A DNA stretch of 64,000 bases from Paragordius varius (Eukaryota; Animalia; Nematomorpha): assembly GCA_964247055.1 (NCBI GenBank), contig OZ176058.1, positions 4,960,001 through 5,024,000 on the forward strand, written 5' to 3'. The position numbers and the translations under genes are program-made. Below, piece after piece: positions 63,906 through 64,000 of the stretch; the stretch's first letter is position 1; the number at the start of each line of letters is the position of its first letter. Under the pieces are notes generated by a model. That model did no database searches. It saw only the letters and a program-made list of their open reading frames with translations, and was not told the DNA's origin.

Positions 63906-64000
63906 TCATGGTGCAACCATTGTAAGTGTACACATTTAAAGAAGCCGTACAAGGAGCCATTGCACCCGCGGCAATTATTAGGAAATTAGCGGCGTTGCCT
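63906..64000 (-). CDS. Secreted protein gene B, exon 2 (cut by the window edge)
   Basis: GNAANFLIIAAGAMAPCTASLNVYTYNGCTM, with donor ATGA|GTAACT at the same position as in gene A. Confidence 0.85.

Overview
Very AT-rich eukaryotic DNA with spliceosomal GT-AG introns, most likely from an invertebrate animal; the species cannot be determined from the sequence. No tRNA, rRNA or CRISPR features were seen. Bases 1-19759 hold the last five coding exons of an RNF121-type transmembrane RING-H2 E3 ligase gene (+). Its two long introns (7.3 kb and 11.2 kb) are built almost entirely from tandem copies of the gene's own exon-intron junctions: donor-side arrays downstream of exons and acceptor-side arrays upstream. 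This is the most unusual structure in the window. An intact single-ORF Ty3/Gypsy element sits antisense in the second array, with no normal target-site duplication, truncated LTRs, a 1-kb flanking duplication and templated direct and inverted inserts. The middle region (20-50 kb) is mostly transposon-derived. It contains three MITE families, a 1.2-kb foldback, a full-length RTE LINE with a 17-bp TSD and two in-frame stops, a ~6.5-kb segmental duplication carrying decayed hAT (Buster-like) transposases, and an orphan receptor-tyrosine-kinase pseudo-exon. At 50.6-64 kb two convergent paralogous genes encode an unrecognised small secreted, four-cysteine, beta-strand-rich protein, and flank inverted arms that enclose a decayed Gypsy element. 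All protein assignments come from my own translation and recall of family motifs, not from database searches.
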